A DNA stretch of 64,000 nucleotides from Takakia lepidozioides (lineage: Eukaryota; Plantae; Bryophyta): contig CM060733.1 of the NCBI GenBank assembly GCA_030704615.1, forward strand, positions 61,070,001-61,134,000, given 5' to 3'. The notes beneath the pieces were generated by a model, which saw only the letters and a program-made list of their open reading frames with translations, ran no database searches and was not told the origin of the DNA. Position 1 is the stretch's first letter, and every line of letters begins with the position of its first letter. A program made the position numbers and the translations under genes. Positions 39,326 to 52,600 of this stretch are shown here, one piece after another.

Positions 39326-40847
39326 GTCTGTGGCTTGGTTCAGCTAACTAACAAATTACGTCATCTAACATTTGGACTGTTGCCAAAATCTGTTATAATT
39401 CACGGGAGGAATAGGTTGCTGATGGAGCTATTTTGCCACTCAAATTATGAATCCCACATCTGTGCCCACTACCACACCAGGAACCATGGTCACCTACACC
39501 TCACTCTACAGCAACCTGCCCCTATCAAGAGAAACCCATTCCTCCACCTTGCCAAGTTTGTGCCAACTTTCTGTCCCGTGGATTTGGGGTATGTAGTATG
39601 TACCGGGTAATTCCATGTTTGTTCATTGTTTATATCTAGGTTCTAGGTTGGGTCACTTTCTGAACCTCGACCAAACCTAGGTCAATTGGAAATTGACATT
39701 TGATTTTGATTGGGGATTGATTCTGAAAGGTGGAGAGGACATCTAGGGCAGCTTATTTTTTGTTAACCTGGACTATACCAAATGGACAATACAGGATTGT
39801 GATAATGTGATGAATGACAGAGGGAGGAATCGTAGAGTAATCATTTGCCAGTCCATGTCTAGATGGAAATAGCCTCCACAAACACAAAGAGCGCAGGATG
39901 TCAAGTGGGGAGGCGCTTTGATTTACAACCTACAAAATGAGGCTTCAATTTATGGTTACAGAGATGGCCAGTCTGTGACATACCAACAGATCTAAAAGAA
40001 GAAAGGGTTTGGTGAAAAGCTGAGATGGCCAAAATCAATAGGTCTAAGTTGTCACCCTCTCCAAGAATGCTACAATTGACAGTGCAGATGAGTGGCCTGG
40101 TCTTCCACAACAAAAATATACGAATACCAGGTGTTTTCCACTCTCTACATACACTTGCATATGGACATGTACGTGTAGAGAGCTCCCTTATAGGAGAGCA
40201 AAAGAATGGTTCTAACCTGCCACAGAACACACATGCAAGATTTGTTAGAGAGAAATTTTTGCCTTCCACCCAGTAGAGTAAACCTTTGGAAACTGACCTT
40301 AGCACGTAGCTATTTTTCTCTCTACATTACAGGCTGCAGCAATGCACGGTCTGATAAGCTGAATTATCTCTCTCTCTGTCTGCTAGCCCAAGTCTGACAG
40401 ATCCCCTGTAAGAACATTTGGATGTGGCCAGCAGAGCTCTGTCAAACTAACAACCCCATGGCCAATGGGGGCTGCCATTCATGGCACCATTATTGTTGAT
40501 GAATCCTTCGAGAGCCAGCCCCAATGATCAATAGCATGGAAAAACCTCCAGCTGCACGATACAAGCATGGACATTGCCAATCACTGTCCACAGTTCTCAA
40601 GCTCTAGCACACGTGGGATTCCCGCGTTGTGTCCAGCAATGTGTTTATCAGGTTGGATACGCAACTTACGACCATAGATCTCCCTCAACTACTTCCCACA
40701 TCTGCTACCATCTCTAACCTCCTGCCAAAGAGCAGGACAGTGGTACTTCCACCCAACTTATGTAAGCTACCACACTAAACATAGGGGCATGTGTTACCTT
40801 CTATGACTTCCAGGGGAGGATGAAGATGCAGCAACCTATGGGCCTTC

Positions 40848-43800
40848 TCACTCTGCCCTGTTTCTTGTCACCACTGGCCCACTCTCCAAACCAATCACTG
40901 CCGCATCTTGTGGCCTTTCATAAACGTCACCAAACGGAAACTCTAGATTGGGGTTCTCATCCTCAGAGATATGACTACTGACCAAATGTGCCTTTGTGTG
41001 CCTTTGGGTAACCCATTCTCGCTCATGATCTTCCTCAATCTCAGAGAACTCATCCTGGCTTTCTGCCATGTGGCCCCTTCCAAACATGGGGGGCTCAAAA
41101 AAGAGACTTCTCAAGCATCCCTGTCGAGCCTGGTCCTCGACGAGCCCACCATCGGCTCTCTCCGGTTGTGTGTCCAATACCTTGATGCCCTAGCACCCCC
41201 CGGGTGGAAGCCTGCATATGTAAGCCTATTTGGCTACTCAATCTCTCAGCATCCCCTGCCTCTATTTAGGCTCCATCTCTACCACTCCCTTCTTTTAAAT
41301 CCATCCCTCGAAAACTCCCTGCCTTCCCAAGATCTCTCGTCAACCAACAATCTGGATTCTGCATTTTGTGGCGACTGCGAAGCAGTGTAGAACTTGTCCA
41401 GCAAATACAGCCGGTCGTTTCGTTCAGCAAATGGGCATTCATAGTGCTCCCTTACTTTACTTAGTCCCCACAGGGTATTGGACCAGCTGCATTAGTGGAA
41501 TGAGGCTGTGTAAATGGGATATGAGAGCCAAATCTGTCTCTTACACTTGAATTCACTGAGCGTGTGTAGGGACTGTCATCAGATCTTGCGACACCATGGG
41601 GGCCATTAGCTGGTTAGTAGAAGAAGGTGTGCGGACGGATGAGAAGAGTTGGGCCACTGCAATATCAGCCTCCTCATTGCGGACTCGGAAGTCAGCCAAG
41701 ATGACCATAAACTGTTTGCCAGTGCCACTGGGCTCCCAGTTAGGATAGTTGCTCTTGAAGCTGGTCAAACAACAAAGAACTGCAGTTAGCCCAACACCAC
41801 AGACCTCTTGGGTAAACCAACACTATTTTTCAAATAACTTTTTTGACTGTCTTGCTTGTATATTTATTATTTCAAGACTCCCCTGCATGACAGGAAAGAG
41901 ACCCTCATAAATGACCCATATCTAATGGAACCTACGACGGAGAACAATTGGGATCCAACAGAAGAAAGAGGATAACACTATTACCTGAGAAAGGACTTTT
42001 CCATCTTGCCCTGCGAGCTGCGCCGATCCTTGCTAGTGTGGAATGGGGAAGCCGTGACTTAGAATTGCCATGGTGTTCGAAGTCAAACACACTTAGACTG
42101 TTGCCAACCAACCCACACTGCTAACAATTAGATTTACCGCTAGTGCAGTTAGGGTTGCCTAATGACCAGAACCCACAAAGAGAGGATCGTTTTGATACAA
42201 AGGGAGGGCCACAGAATGCCCACAGATTGCCTATCAAAAAGCAATTGGGCCTGACCTGCAGACATGACCAACACCTTCTATATGCTGGTGAAGTCCTGTA
42301 CAAATTGCAGCACGTTGTCCACGCACTGTCAACCACCATGATCAGACCATTAGCTATTCAAACTACTCATTCCGGCAACAAGTGGCATTTCTATCCTCAC
42401 TTCGTATGAGATCAGATGACCTAGTCACACGACAAGCTCTGTCTCCTCTCTAGCTCTGTCTCACTAAATTTTTCCACTGCAGAGGGGTCAACTCTGAGGT
42501 TAAGAAAACCATGCTTTGTCGCGTTATTAGACCTGCCTTGGAGTACGGATCTGCTATAAGGGTTGATAACTCAACCAGGCTAAAGTCTCTAGAATCCATT
42601 CAAGTGGGGGGTGCTTAAGGAGTGTATGTCAGCATGCTCCACAAAAGCCAATGTGGCTGTTCGGGGTGAGTTTGGCATTACGTCCTTAAGCTCCCGACGA
42701 GATGAATTCAAGGTCAGATGGTGGTGTCAGCTGAAAACATATGCCCAAACCAGTGATATCCTAAGTTAATCAACTCTATATCTTGGAAACAGGACCGCCC
42801 TGTCAAACAGGCTAAGTCCTGGCAGAAGAGAGTAGAAGAGACCTGGACCTGGATCCGCAAGTCTTGACCCTGCTGGATAAATCTGACTTAGAGGCTGTAG
42901 TGTCCTCAGCCATGTCTGTTGCCATGAGATTGTCTGATGAAAATGAAGTTAGGCAGAAAAAACTTCCCTGAACTTGTTTCCAGTCTGTGACATGGGGGGG
43001 GAGGACATCTTGGATGACCTCAAGGGTCTACCCACTCTCGGCACTAGACCTGAAATTTTAAACTCAGGGCAGGAAGCCTACCTTTGAACAGAAAAACAGA
43101 AGCAGAGAGGAAAGCGGAGGGAGAGTGCAATTGCCCGTTGTGTGGGCAATCTAAAGACAGTATTCATTTTCTGATACACTGTCCAGGGTTCTCTCACCAA
43201 AGAGACGCTCTCTTCAAATCTATTAAGGGAATTGTGCCTGTACCCTGTTTACCAACTTTGAAAGTCTCTCGAGGCTGAGCCAAAAGCCCAGGTCCTCCTG
43301 AGGCCTAGTTTTTGGCAAATCACACACAGCAGATTGATGCTTGTTGTGAAGGATCTAGAGATATCTGGAAAACCCGGATTAATTCTTTATATGGAGGTAA
43401 GTCTTACTACCAACGTCAGCCCCTGACAGAGGTAGGTTCTGTCCCTTTTGTTCCCGCTCAAACTGGGCGCGGGGTCAATGGCCACAAGGGCTACGGCAAA
43501 CAACGTCTTATGAGCTACAATCTCTAGGCTGCGGGGTTGTCCGGGGTATTCTCACCAGACAGTGACCCTCTTCACAACATCAAGAACATGGCTCCTACAC
43601 CTCTGTTCACCAACTTCCAAAATCTCGAGGCTGAGCCTAAAGCCCTGGCCCAGTTGGGTTCTAACATTTGGGCTGCCCACACACAGCACAGGAATGAACT
43701 TTGAACGGATGAAATATGTTGAAAGCTTCATCCTTTATGGATGAAAACCCTGATGTGCGGACATATAAGGCTGAGGTGTGAAACTTGTGTGTCCCCTTGG

Positions 43801-46456
43801 AACCTTATGAATTTCCTCTGTGACACTGGCAATGGCAACCATGACAGCTGCTTAAAAAGCACACAGGTGAAGCTGACTTTCACCTACTTCTCTGAGTGCG
43901 CCTGCTTCTCTCGCTCTCTCTGTCTCTCAAGCCACAAAAGCAAAGGCCCCTAAGGGTGCATTTCCATCTACACCCACTTGTGCTGAATATACTACTAAAA
44001 TTTAAGCATGACCACCAGGAAATAGTGAGTGAAGGGTTCCATCTGCTGACCATAGTCTTTGTCCACTATTTGTACTGACTAATGGGTGCCTGCCATGTAA
44101 GAGTTTAGTCCACTCTCCTGGTGGGTTTTCTGCCAGATAATAAGGGGTGAGTGGCTGAGTTGATGCTGAGGGAAACCCTCCTCACCCGCTATTATCTAGT
44201 GGATTGAGGGTGAGTGGGTGTTGATGGAAACACACCCCCAAGTTCACCATCGACACGTCTTTCAAGCAAAGTAGAGCCATCATTAGTCACGATGAATAAC
44301 AGAAAGAGCAAAGGTGCAGCAGGAGTAGGAGGAAGGCAAGAGCTCACAGTGGGCAAGAAGAACCAGAGGATAAAGGGCGTAACAAAGATGGACGCCATCT
44401 CCTCAAAAAACAACAAGCCCTTGTACTGCACACACGCCACGACAACTCACAATCTCCCATAACTTTCAGCTTTAGCACAAGGAAGCAGACCTAAATATTC
44501 AGTTGCAGGAATACAAGGTCAATGTGCAGGTAGTCACAGGTTCCTGTACTCTTACCTGTAACCAGGCCAGTTTGTTAGGTGGGGCATTATCATTGCAGTA
44601 TCAAATGGGTTAAAGGGCTGGATGCCAGTGCCCTTGAGGCAGTTAGAATTGAAGTGCCATTGCTTCTATCGTCACAAAAGACTAACCCATTCCTGCTCCA
44701 AAAGTGGACTGACAGAACAGTTGTTACCTGAAAAAGAGCCTCAAATTCCGACCGCACAGTTTCAGTGTTTCAGCACCCCGCCAGTGCTTGGGCATGTGTT
44801 GTGTATGCCTCGTAATGTGGCGCATCACACCCTCGGGATCAAAGATCTGATACTCTTCCAAAACCAGTGATCTACTAAGCGCCAATATGGTCCCAAAGAT
44901 GGCCGTGTACCAGATCAGGTTGCGGCTTCCTATCTGTGCCACGCAAAGGGATAGGCAAATCCGTGTTAACTGCATGAACTTGGAAGGTGAGCTACAAACC
45001 TGACAACAAAATGCAGAGAACACACTTGACAGGTTAATCCACATCGCATTCAACAGATAATTCAGAAGTAGGGTTCAAAAGGTCTTACTTGGGCCTCCAC
45101 AAGGGACTCGTCAATGAGGGCAATGCCAATGAGAACGGCTGCAAAGGCACCCGCTACAAATGAAATAAATTTGGCAATCATGGAAACAATGGGTGATGGA
45201 AAATGCTTCACATACTCCACTGCATATTTGTGGCTCGCATTCAAACGGTGCTTGAACATGTGGTCCAACTGTTGTAGGCCAACAAATAGTCCAATAAGCT
45301 AGTAGGAAAACAATACATTGAATTTCATGGCAAATAAATTGAATCTCTATGAGGGAGGGGAGAGAAAAACAAAGACAACCTACAGGGCCAGGGACAGAAG
45401 AAGATGAAAAACAAACAAACCATATAACCACATAAACCAAAGCCTAGTCAAAGCCCAAGCTTTGCACAACGGCAGAATGCCTCATGCAGGTAAATTGAAT
45501 GAAGGAGAGAGAAGAGAATGTACTCATAAGATGTTGTTTGCCGTAGCCTTGTGTCCATAGACCCCACTATTGGTGCCCAGATAGATTTGTGTTTCCCGGT
45601 TGTTCGTGTCCAGGTATTTATTTAGGGGCTTTACACCAAAGGGAACAGATACTACCTTTGTGAGGGGCACACTCCAGTAGTGGGACTTACTGTGATATAA
45701 ACAATTTGTTCAGGTTTTCCAGATTTCCTCTAGAAAGCTCTTCACACAAGTATCAATCTAATGTGTGTGATCTGCCCAGCACTTAGACCCCAACAGGGCC
45801 AGGGCTTTAGCCTCGAGATTTTGAAAATTGGTGAGCAGAGGTGCAGGGACCATGTTCATGATGTACCTGAAGAGGGTTGCTCTCTGATGAGAATACCCCG
45901 GACATTGTATCAAAAAATAGACATTGTCTTCAGGCTGCCCGCACATTGGTCGATAATCTCCCTTTCCTCTCTGCATCTGTTTATTGTTCAAAGGTAGGAT
46001 CTCCGCCATTTGTTTAAATTTCAGTCTAGTGCCAAGGGTAGGTAGGCCCTTCAGGTCATCCTTAAGGTCCTCACCCATGTCACAGACTGGAAACAAGTTA
46101 AGGGAAGTTTTGTGCCTAACTTTGTTGTGAGAGACTCATAAGACGTTGTTTGCCGTAGCCTTGTGGCCATTGACCCCGCGCCCAGTTTGAGCGGAACACA
46201 AAGGGACAGAAACTGCCTTTGTCAGGGGCTGATGCCGGTAGTATTACTTACCTTGGAACAGACAATTGATCCCAAGATTTCCAGATATCCTCTAGAAATC
46301 CCTTTACACAAGCATCGATCTGCTGTGTGTGATTTGTTGTGTGTGTGTGTGTGTGGGAGGGAGAATGTACTCATAAGACGTTGTCTGCCGTAGCCTTGTG
46401 AGAGAGAGAGAGAGAGAATGTCCTCATAAGACGTTGTTAGCCGTAGCCTTGTGGCC

Positions 46457-46489
<33 letters not shown>

Positions 46490-49186
46490 CCTCATTGAAT
46501 TCGCGGAAAGTCCACTTGGCCAAGTTTGACCAGCGCCGGGAACCAGCAGAGGATGGCTGGTTATAGAACTGCTCAGCATTTCTGAGGAAGAAATAGCAGA
46601 GCATGAAGATGAGGAGGAAAGGAGAAAGCAGCAGCATCCCAACACCAAATGCCATTAGCCTCTTGCGAAGGCGAGCTGGGTTGCTTGTGAAATCTCTCCG
46701 TATCAGGAAATTTCTGCAACCCATGATCCATCCTAAAGCAATCTTAGAACCTTGTACACCTATGTGAGAGCCTGACAAACTTCAAACTCTCACTTGAGAG
46801 GTAATGAAAGCTACAAAGAGAAGGCTACATCCAAGCTAAAGAAGCACTTTCAGAGATGGAAACATAAGGCACAAGAAAAGCAACAATTGATAAGAGGACA
46901 AATCTTCAACAGAAGGAACAAAAAGAAGAATGGAGTCTCATAGGCAATGTTAGAACCTTGTTCACGTCAACTATTTTTTTTACTGAAGGGCTCATACCAC
47001 CTCTTGTCTACTTTGTCAAATCCCATGCTTCCATGCGCAAGAGCAAGTTAGTACTTCTGTGTCCTCCTGGGTCATAGCTTTGCTGGCCTAAAAGCCTTTA
47101 GCGAGCGGTCAGCACATGACACATACTCAGCAATATCAAGTAGATTCCTTTTATGGGGGAAGGTCTGGAGTAAAGAATAAGGTAAGTGGCACTGCCTGTC
47201 AAACATGTTTTGAAGAATACACCAATTGAGGCTCCACTCAAGCATCTTGGTCAGAACTAGCCGCTTCTTGGCACCCCCCTCATCATGGTCCACTGCAGGT
47301 CCGACCCCCGGCACCCACTGGGGCACTGGTAGGGCAAGTACACCCTTGTTGAGAAGGCCTATCATGTAGTTTTCCTTGCGCATTATCCGGCTCACAATGT
47401 CATGTGCTGACAGCTGACGCACGATGCATAGTTGCTGGTGGCGTTGCAGCTGCACTATTTTGTCCACAAGCATTGGCCAAGTCATTGTTTGCAGTTCATG
47501 CTCTGTCACCCCCAAGCTGCCAACACCAACCCCATCCCCCCCCACAACACAAACACACGCACACACACAAATTTATGGATTCATCTGGTTGACCTCTTAC
47601 TTGAAAAAAGCAAAAGGTAAAGGGGGAGAGAGACATTCAAAAGACCCTCTCCACCTGGTTTTGTGAGTGACCATATCTCTCTAACAGCCAACAGGCTCCC
47701 ATCTGCAGAATTGTAATTTTATGTAGTTTGTCCCAAATATGAGGTTATCATTGAGCAACAGTGAGAAGCAGAATGAGAATGTAAAAGTATCCACTTTATT
47801 TATCAACAATGTGATGGTGAAGTAATACTGCCATGGCAGCACAGAGGAAGTCCTGTGATTTCAACCTTCTCCGAGATGGTTGGAATTTCTAGTCGTGGAG
47901 GTATCAAACTAACCCCCAAAATTCCCACAGAATAACACACAGCCTGGTTACATGGCATGAATGTGCCAGAGAGAGAGAGAGGCCGAAGGGCCCAAGGGAC
48001 ATACGTACTAGAATAATACACTGGAACCACAGATAGAGGGAGAGAGAAGGGTGGACAACAACCAAAGAAAGAGAAAAGAATGTCATGGCTTCTAGTGGGG
48101 ATCTACAGGCAGCTACCTTTATTAGCCCCACCCTCTTCACAAATCTGTGCAAGCACCTAGGAAAATAACTCCCTTATCCTGAAACCCCCATGTCAAGAAC
48201 ACAGCAAGTGTGCCAGTGTGGTACCTGTTATAACAAAAATTTCGGATCTCAAGAGTCTCCCGCAGCTGTGTGAAGAAGCGCAAGAAGCAAAAAATCCAGT
48301 AGAGTGAGAAGATGGTAAGGTAGGCTACCACAATACCCTTGCCAAATGTGAGCGGTATAAGGGGGTGCAAGTACAACGCTTCTTTCGCTAGATCACAATT
48401 GTGAGGGTTGCCATCATCTATAGCCTCAATTCCACACTTTGCACTTAGCAATCCCTGCCAGTTAACAAAGAGAAGCAGAAAACCGGAGAACCCAATTGTA
48501 AATCCCAGGGTGAGAAGTTCCACGATCCATTGTGTGACAATACACCAAAAGCCCTTGTCGCAATAGTAATGGTACACCCGCTCAAAGAAACGATCTAGGT
48601 CAGTTATAGCCTCTCGATTGGAACTTTCGCCCCCGAAAAAGTCAGGAGGGCTGGCCCCATCTTCGCCTTGTAGCCGAGAGTAGTCAGGAAGCTCCAACTC
48701 CACCTGCGGATTTGTGGGTTTCGGGGTGATTAACCAATTCCGCATCTGTTCAACAGGAATTAACAAGAATTTTGTGACAGACAGATTTCTTTGGACTCAT
48801 CCCTTGTCAAAACTACCCTGGACCCAATGAATTGTGCGGCAAGTCCTGAGGACAGAGTGGTGGCTTCAGGGCCAGAAGTTAACGTGAAACATCTCAAAAC
48901 CAGTTGATTGGAAATAAGCCGATCGCCTACTCACAGCTCTACTATGGGACAGGTAACATTCCGGAACTGCCCGGATGCAGATCTAGGCGGAAAGGAGGAG
49001 ATGGTAGACCATGACCTGCCCAGATTGATGGCTCTGTAAGCCAGGCATGTTACTTGGAAGTCTCAAATTGAGAAATGGAAAACAGACATTCCAACATCTC
49101 TTGCCACTCTCACATGCAGACGTTTCAGGATCTCCTTGTTGAATATGTCTGGAATACGGGAGAGCGCCCTCTGAATCTCTGTTCAT
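40848..49186 (-). CDS. ATG9: Autophagy-related protein 9; exons (49186-49016?), 48745-48225, 47516-47196, 46713-46491, 45268-45089, 44933-44728, 44425-44348, 42325-42256, 42097-41985, 41760-40848; contains frameshifts
   Basis: DLDRFFERVYHYYCDKG, LSAHDIVSRIMRKENY, AKWTFREFNE|LDHMFKHRL, TQHMPKHWRG, GVGHVCSLSVFDFEHHGN, QGKMEKSFLSF. Indels at ~44769, ~42285, ~42050 and in the last exon. The first exon is tentative. Confidence 0.9.
42400..43527 (+). mobile_element. 3' fragment of a LINE (RT C-terminus plus CCHC knuckle) in an ATG9 intron
   Basis: IRPALEYGS at ~42525, CPLCGQSKDSIHFLIHC at ~43130, terminus ggctacggcaaacaacgtcttatgag. A further fragment lies at 43560-43690. Confidence 0.75.
45505..46490 (-). 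mobile_element. Chain of four 3' fragments of the same LINE family separated by (GA)n/(TG)n tracts
   Basis: The terminus tcataagaYgttgtYWgccgtagccttgtg recurs at ~45523, 46137, 46371 and 46424. The body 45700-46120 is homologous to 42950-43380. Confidence 0.8.
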
Positions 49187-49349
49187 GGCCGTAGGTGAGA
49201 GAGAATATGCGGACCAGCTGTGGTTAGTTAGGTTAACCCTAAACGACGAAGCGTCGCTTCAGTCGTTTGCCACGATCCACCGTTGATGGATGGAAGTGGG
49301 TCCCCAACGTAAAGTGAGGGCCAGCGTTTTCTTTGCTGAGCGAATTTTC

Positions 49350-52300
49350 GCCATTTTTTTTTTATTTTTAGAGAAAGGGGACAGAGGCCCTTTTACTCAA
49401 ATTAAATAAAGAAGTGTTCACATAAGGTGGAAAAAATAACCACCAAGGAGGTGATCCTCAGTTCAATCCTTCAACATGTGCCTTCGGACCCTCTATTGGG
49501 CCCTCGATGGCCTGTGTGTTGAGCAGTAGGCTCTGTAAATTCACTGGACGTTAAAGTAACTTTATCTTTATCTTTATCTTTCTCATCAGTACATTTTTCC
49601 TTTTCTGCCTTTTGTTACTACACCCTTTCCACACTCTGTGCAGATGCATCAAGTGATTGGGGAGAGGGGGTATGTGCGTTCCTTTGGTTGGATCCTCAGG
49701 TTCTTTTCCTCTCTGCGCCGTCGTGAAGATCTTTCCCCTCAGTTGTCTTTGGAAATTCCAAGTCATAAGTCACCAAATATGACTGACCGATTTGACTTGT
49801 GATGGGTAGATGAGTTGATGGCCGTTCCGACCCGTCTTTTTGAATATTGATGACTTATTATGTGAAGTTGGCTATTGCACTCCATGATTTTCAGCCATCT
49901 CAAATGTCGCACAAACCAAGATTTGTGGTTATGCTGGTGACTTCGTTTCAAGGAGAGGAACAGCGCTCAAACACTGGATACAGCCTGAAAGAAAGAGAGG
50001 GGTACTTGCAGCCTCACCTTAATTTGCGGCTTCTTCTCAAGGCCAGATTATAATTTGTCGGTCCTCTCTGAAATTTAGACACAGCATCTTCATATCTTAA
50101 CATCGGTGCTGTAAGGACTAAGGAGATATGATTCTTTGAATTAGATGCACCAGGGGAGAGGGGATTTCTCAACCTTAACAATATTCTATACAGGTGTGTT
50201 GGAGAAAGTACTGGCAGCCTGTTAACTGAGAATCTGTGTATTCGAAGGTGTTCCCTTGACTTCCTAGAGCCGATGTTACAAGAGAAAATTATATTTGCCC
50301 AAGTGTTTTCCAAAATGCTGGGTCTGACTTGAACCTCGGGGACCAGAGAGCAGCCTGGCAGAATTACGCTCAACAGCATCACCAGGCTACACACAATAAC
50401 GAAATAGTAGATTTCAAATGGGGGAAGGTCTACAATTGCTCTTGACATGCTTAGGCGTGGGGCATTGACTGGGTACCCAAAATAATTGTGTCAGACAAAC
50501 TTGGACAACTTTGGGTTCTCAAAAGTACTCACAATGATCATGAATATCAATGAGGCTCCGACCACTCCACAACCAGTTCTACCTTAACTCGGGACACTTA
50601 TCAGACAGGATGGGACAGATGGGAAAGGCGCCTGGTACCTATCCATGGCCAAGGCTACTGTTCTGCGTGCTTTGCCTTGCTCCTGACTCTATTACACAGA
50701 GGTGTCTCGTGGAAAGAAGAAGGTCCAAGGCAGCAGGTTGAAGGAAGACTAGCGTCTTGGATGGTCTCTACTTCATCCTTAAGTACACTTCCGTTCACAA
50801 GAGAAACTCCCCTGGTCAAGGTAGAGGACACAGCGCATCTCCAAATTACTTGTTCCTCCCTCAAGAAAGAACAAGGGCTACTGCCCACATGCGCTCATTA
50901 ATATTTGTGAGTCAAGAATCTCTTCTGAATCCATATATCACATGTGTGCATTTCCAGGTACAATGTTATCGAGTTAATCTGGACAACAACATTAATAGTC
51001 TACAAGGCACTGAATCTTCAGATACATCACTAGGCCTGAAACAATGAGAAGGACACTGGAGAAAACTGTGCTCTTCCAATTGTTCAAGTTTGTCTACAAG
51101 TGTCAACTACAAATTGACTGAATAATGTGTACTTGTGGGTAGGAGGAGCAGGGGCGAGAGAGAGGAGAGAATTGATTTACTACCAACCAAAGATATGTTA
51201 AGAGTATGTAAACAGACCTAAGCAGGTCACGTAGAGAGAAAGAGGAACGAGAGAGGAAAAAGTTGGAAAGCTTAGAGAACTGGAAGCTGTCCAGCTCGAC
51301 AAAGTCCAGATGTAGAGACAAGAGCGGAGTTTGACGTATGGGCATGGGTACTCATTACACTGGTCACTGTGAAGACATGTGAGGTTAGAGTCAGTACGTT
51401 ATTGAGGGGCTAGATGAGTAAAGATAGTGAAGCTCGTACAAGCTTATCAAGTGTAACTGAGCAAACAAGAAATTAGGCTCAGATGAAGAGATACCTAGTG
51501 TACATTGAGCAAGGCGTTCAAGTTCACCCATGTCTAGCCCGTGAAGACCACACTTCATACCGTACTGGCAGCGATCTCCCATCTGAAACCTGGTCACAAC
51601 GTTCGACACAAATCAGAGATTGGTGCCCACAGCGAAAAGCGTAGCCAAAACATCACTCTCCGTGCCCGCCGCACCTCCCTGCCCCACTTCATGCTCCTGT
51701 CCATCTCGAAGCTGTATAATATCCGTCCTAAATACCTCTCGGTTCCCCGCCCTCCCTCTCTGTTCCTTCTCACAAAATCTGAAAGACGGGATCAGGTAGT
51801 CGACCCTTACGTGTAGGAATATAGATGATGCTTGATCCAGCTGCCCAACTATCAAATGCTGGGGAATGTAACCTCAGTTGCAAAAATCTTACTGCGCACT
51901 ACTGCCGACGAAGAGAGGTTCACACCATAAGCTCTCCAGCACTTGCAACAATTGTGCGCCCGGGGATAAGATGGAAAGAAATCGTAGTGAGCGCTTAACT
52001 AGCCCGTCATAAAGCCCTGATATTTCAGTCGCAGATACTTGTACTCACCGATATGTCAAGAGGATGACTGTAGTTTCATAGAGAAAGATGTCGAATCAAA
52101 AAGCTGTGCGCTCAGTATGATCATATATTCTTAACCGACTCAATGACGGGTTGCAGAGGACCTCCAGGGATGCACACGAGCAGTAGCACTAAGGCAGAGA
52201 CGGCACCGAACACTGAAGGGAAATGGTACCTACCGACTACCTCCTCCATTACCCCTGAACCCTGTTCCAGTATCCCTGGCATGATGACCACACTCACTAT

Positions 52301-52600
52301 CAGGAACAAAAGGAGAGAAAAGATAAAGAATGGAAGCATTTGTAAGGTCGAGCTAGGGATAGCCGAAAATATTCTGTCTGAACTTAAGAGAGACCGAGAT
52401 CGGAAGAGAGAGGGACTCAAATTGAGTCGCTACGAGAAGAGAGAAACAAGAGTCAGATCACAGAGCCGAAATTATCTGGACAGGTCTGGACATTGAGGGT
52501 AGTGGCGATGGAGACCAGCGCAGGGAGTCTGAGCAGAGAACTAAGCTAGATAGGAGAAAGAGAGAGAGAGAATGACGTCAGCTACAGATCAGAAGCGGAC
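49350..52600 (-). mobile_element. Degenerate L1-like LINE upstream of ATG9
   Basis: Eroded RT motifs in the expected order on the minus strand: HGLDMG (~51535, cf. PGLDG), LHLDF (~51305), QFSPLSPLLL (~51140-51175, cf. QGCPLSPLLF). A T-tract at 49354-49369 may be the poly(A) tail. Boundaries are approximate. Confidence 0.5.
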
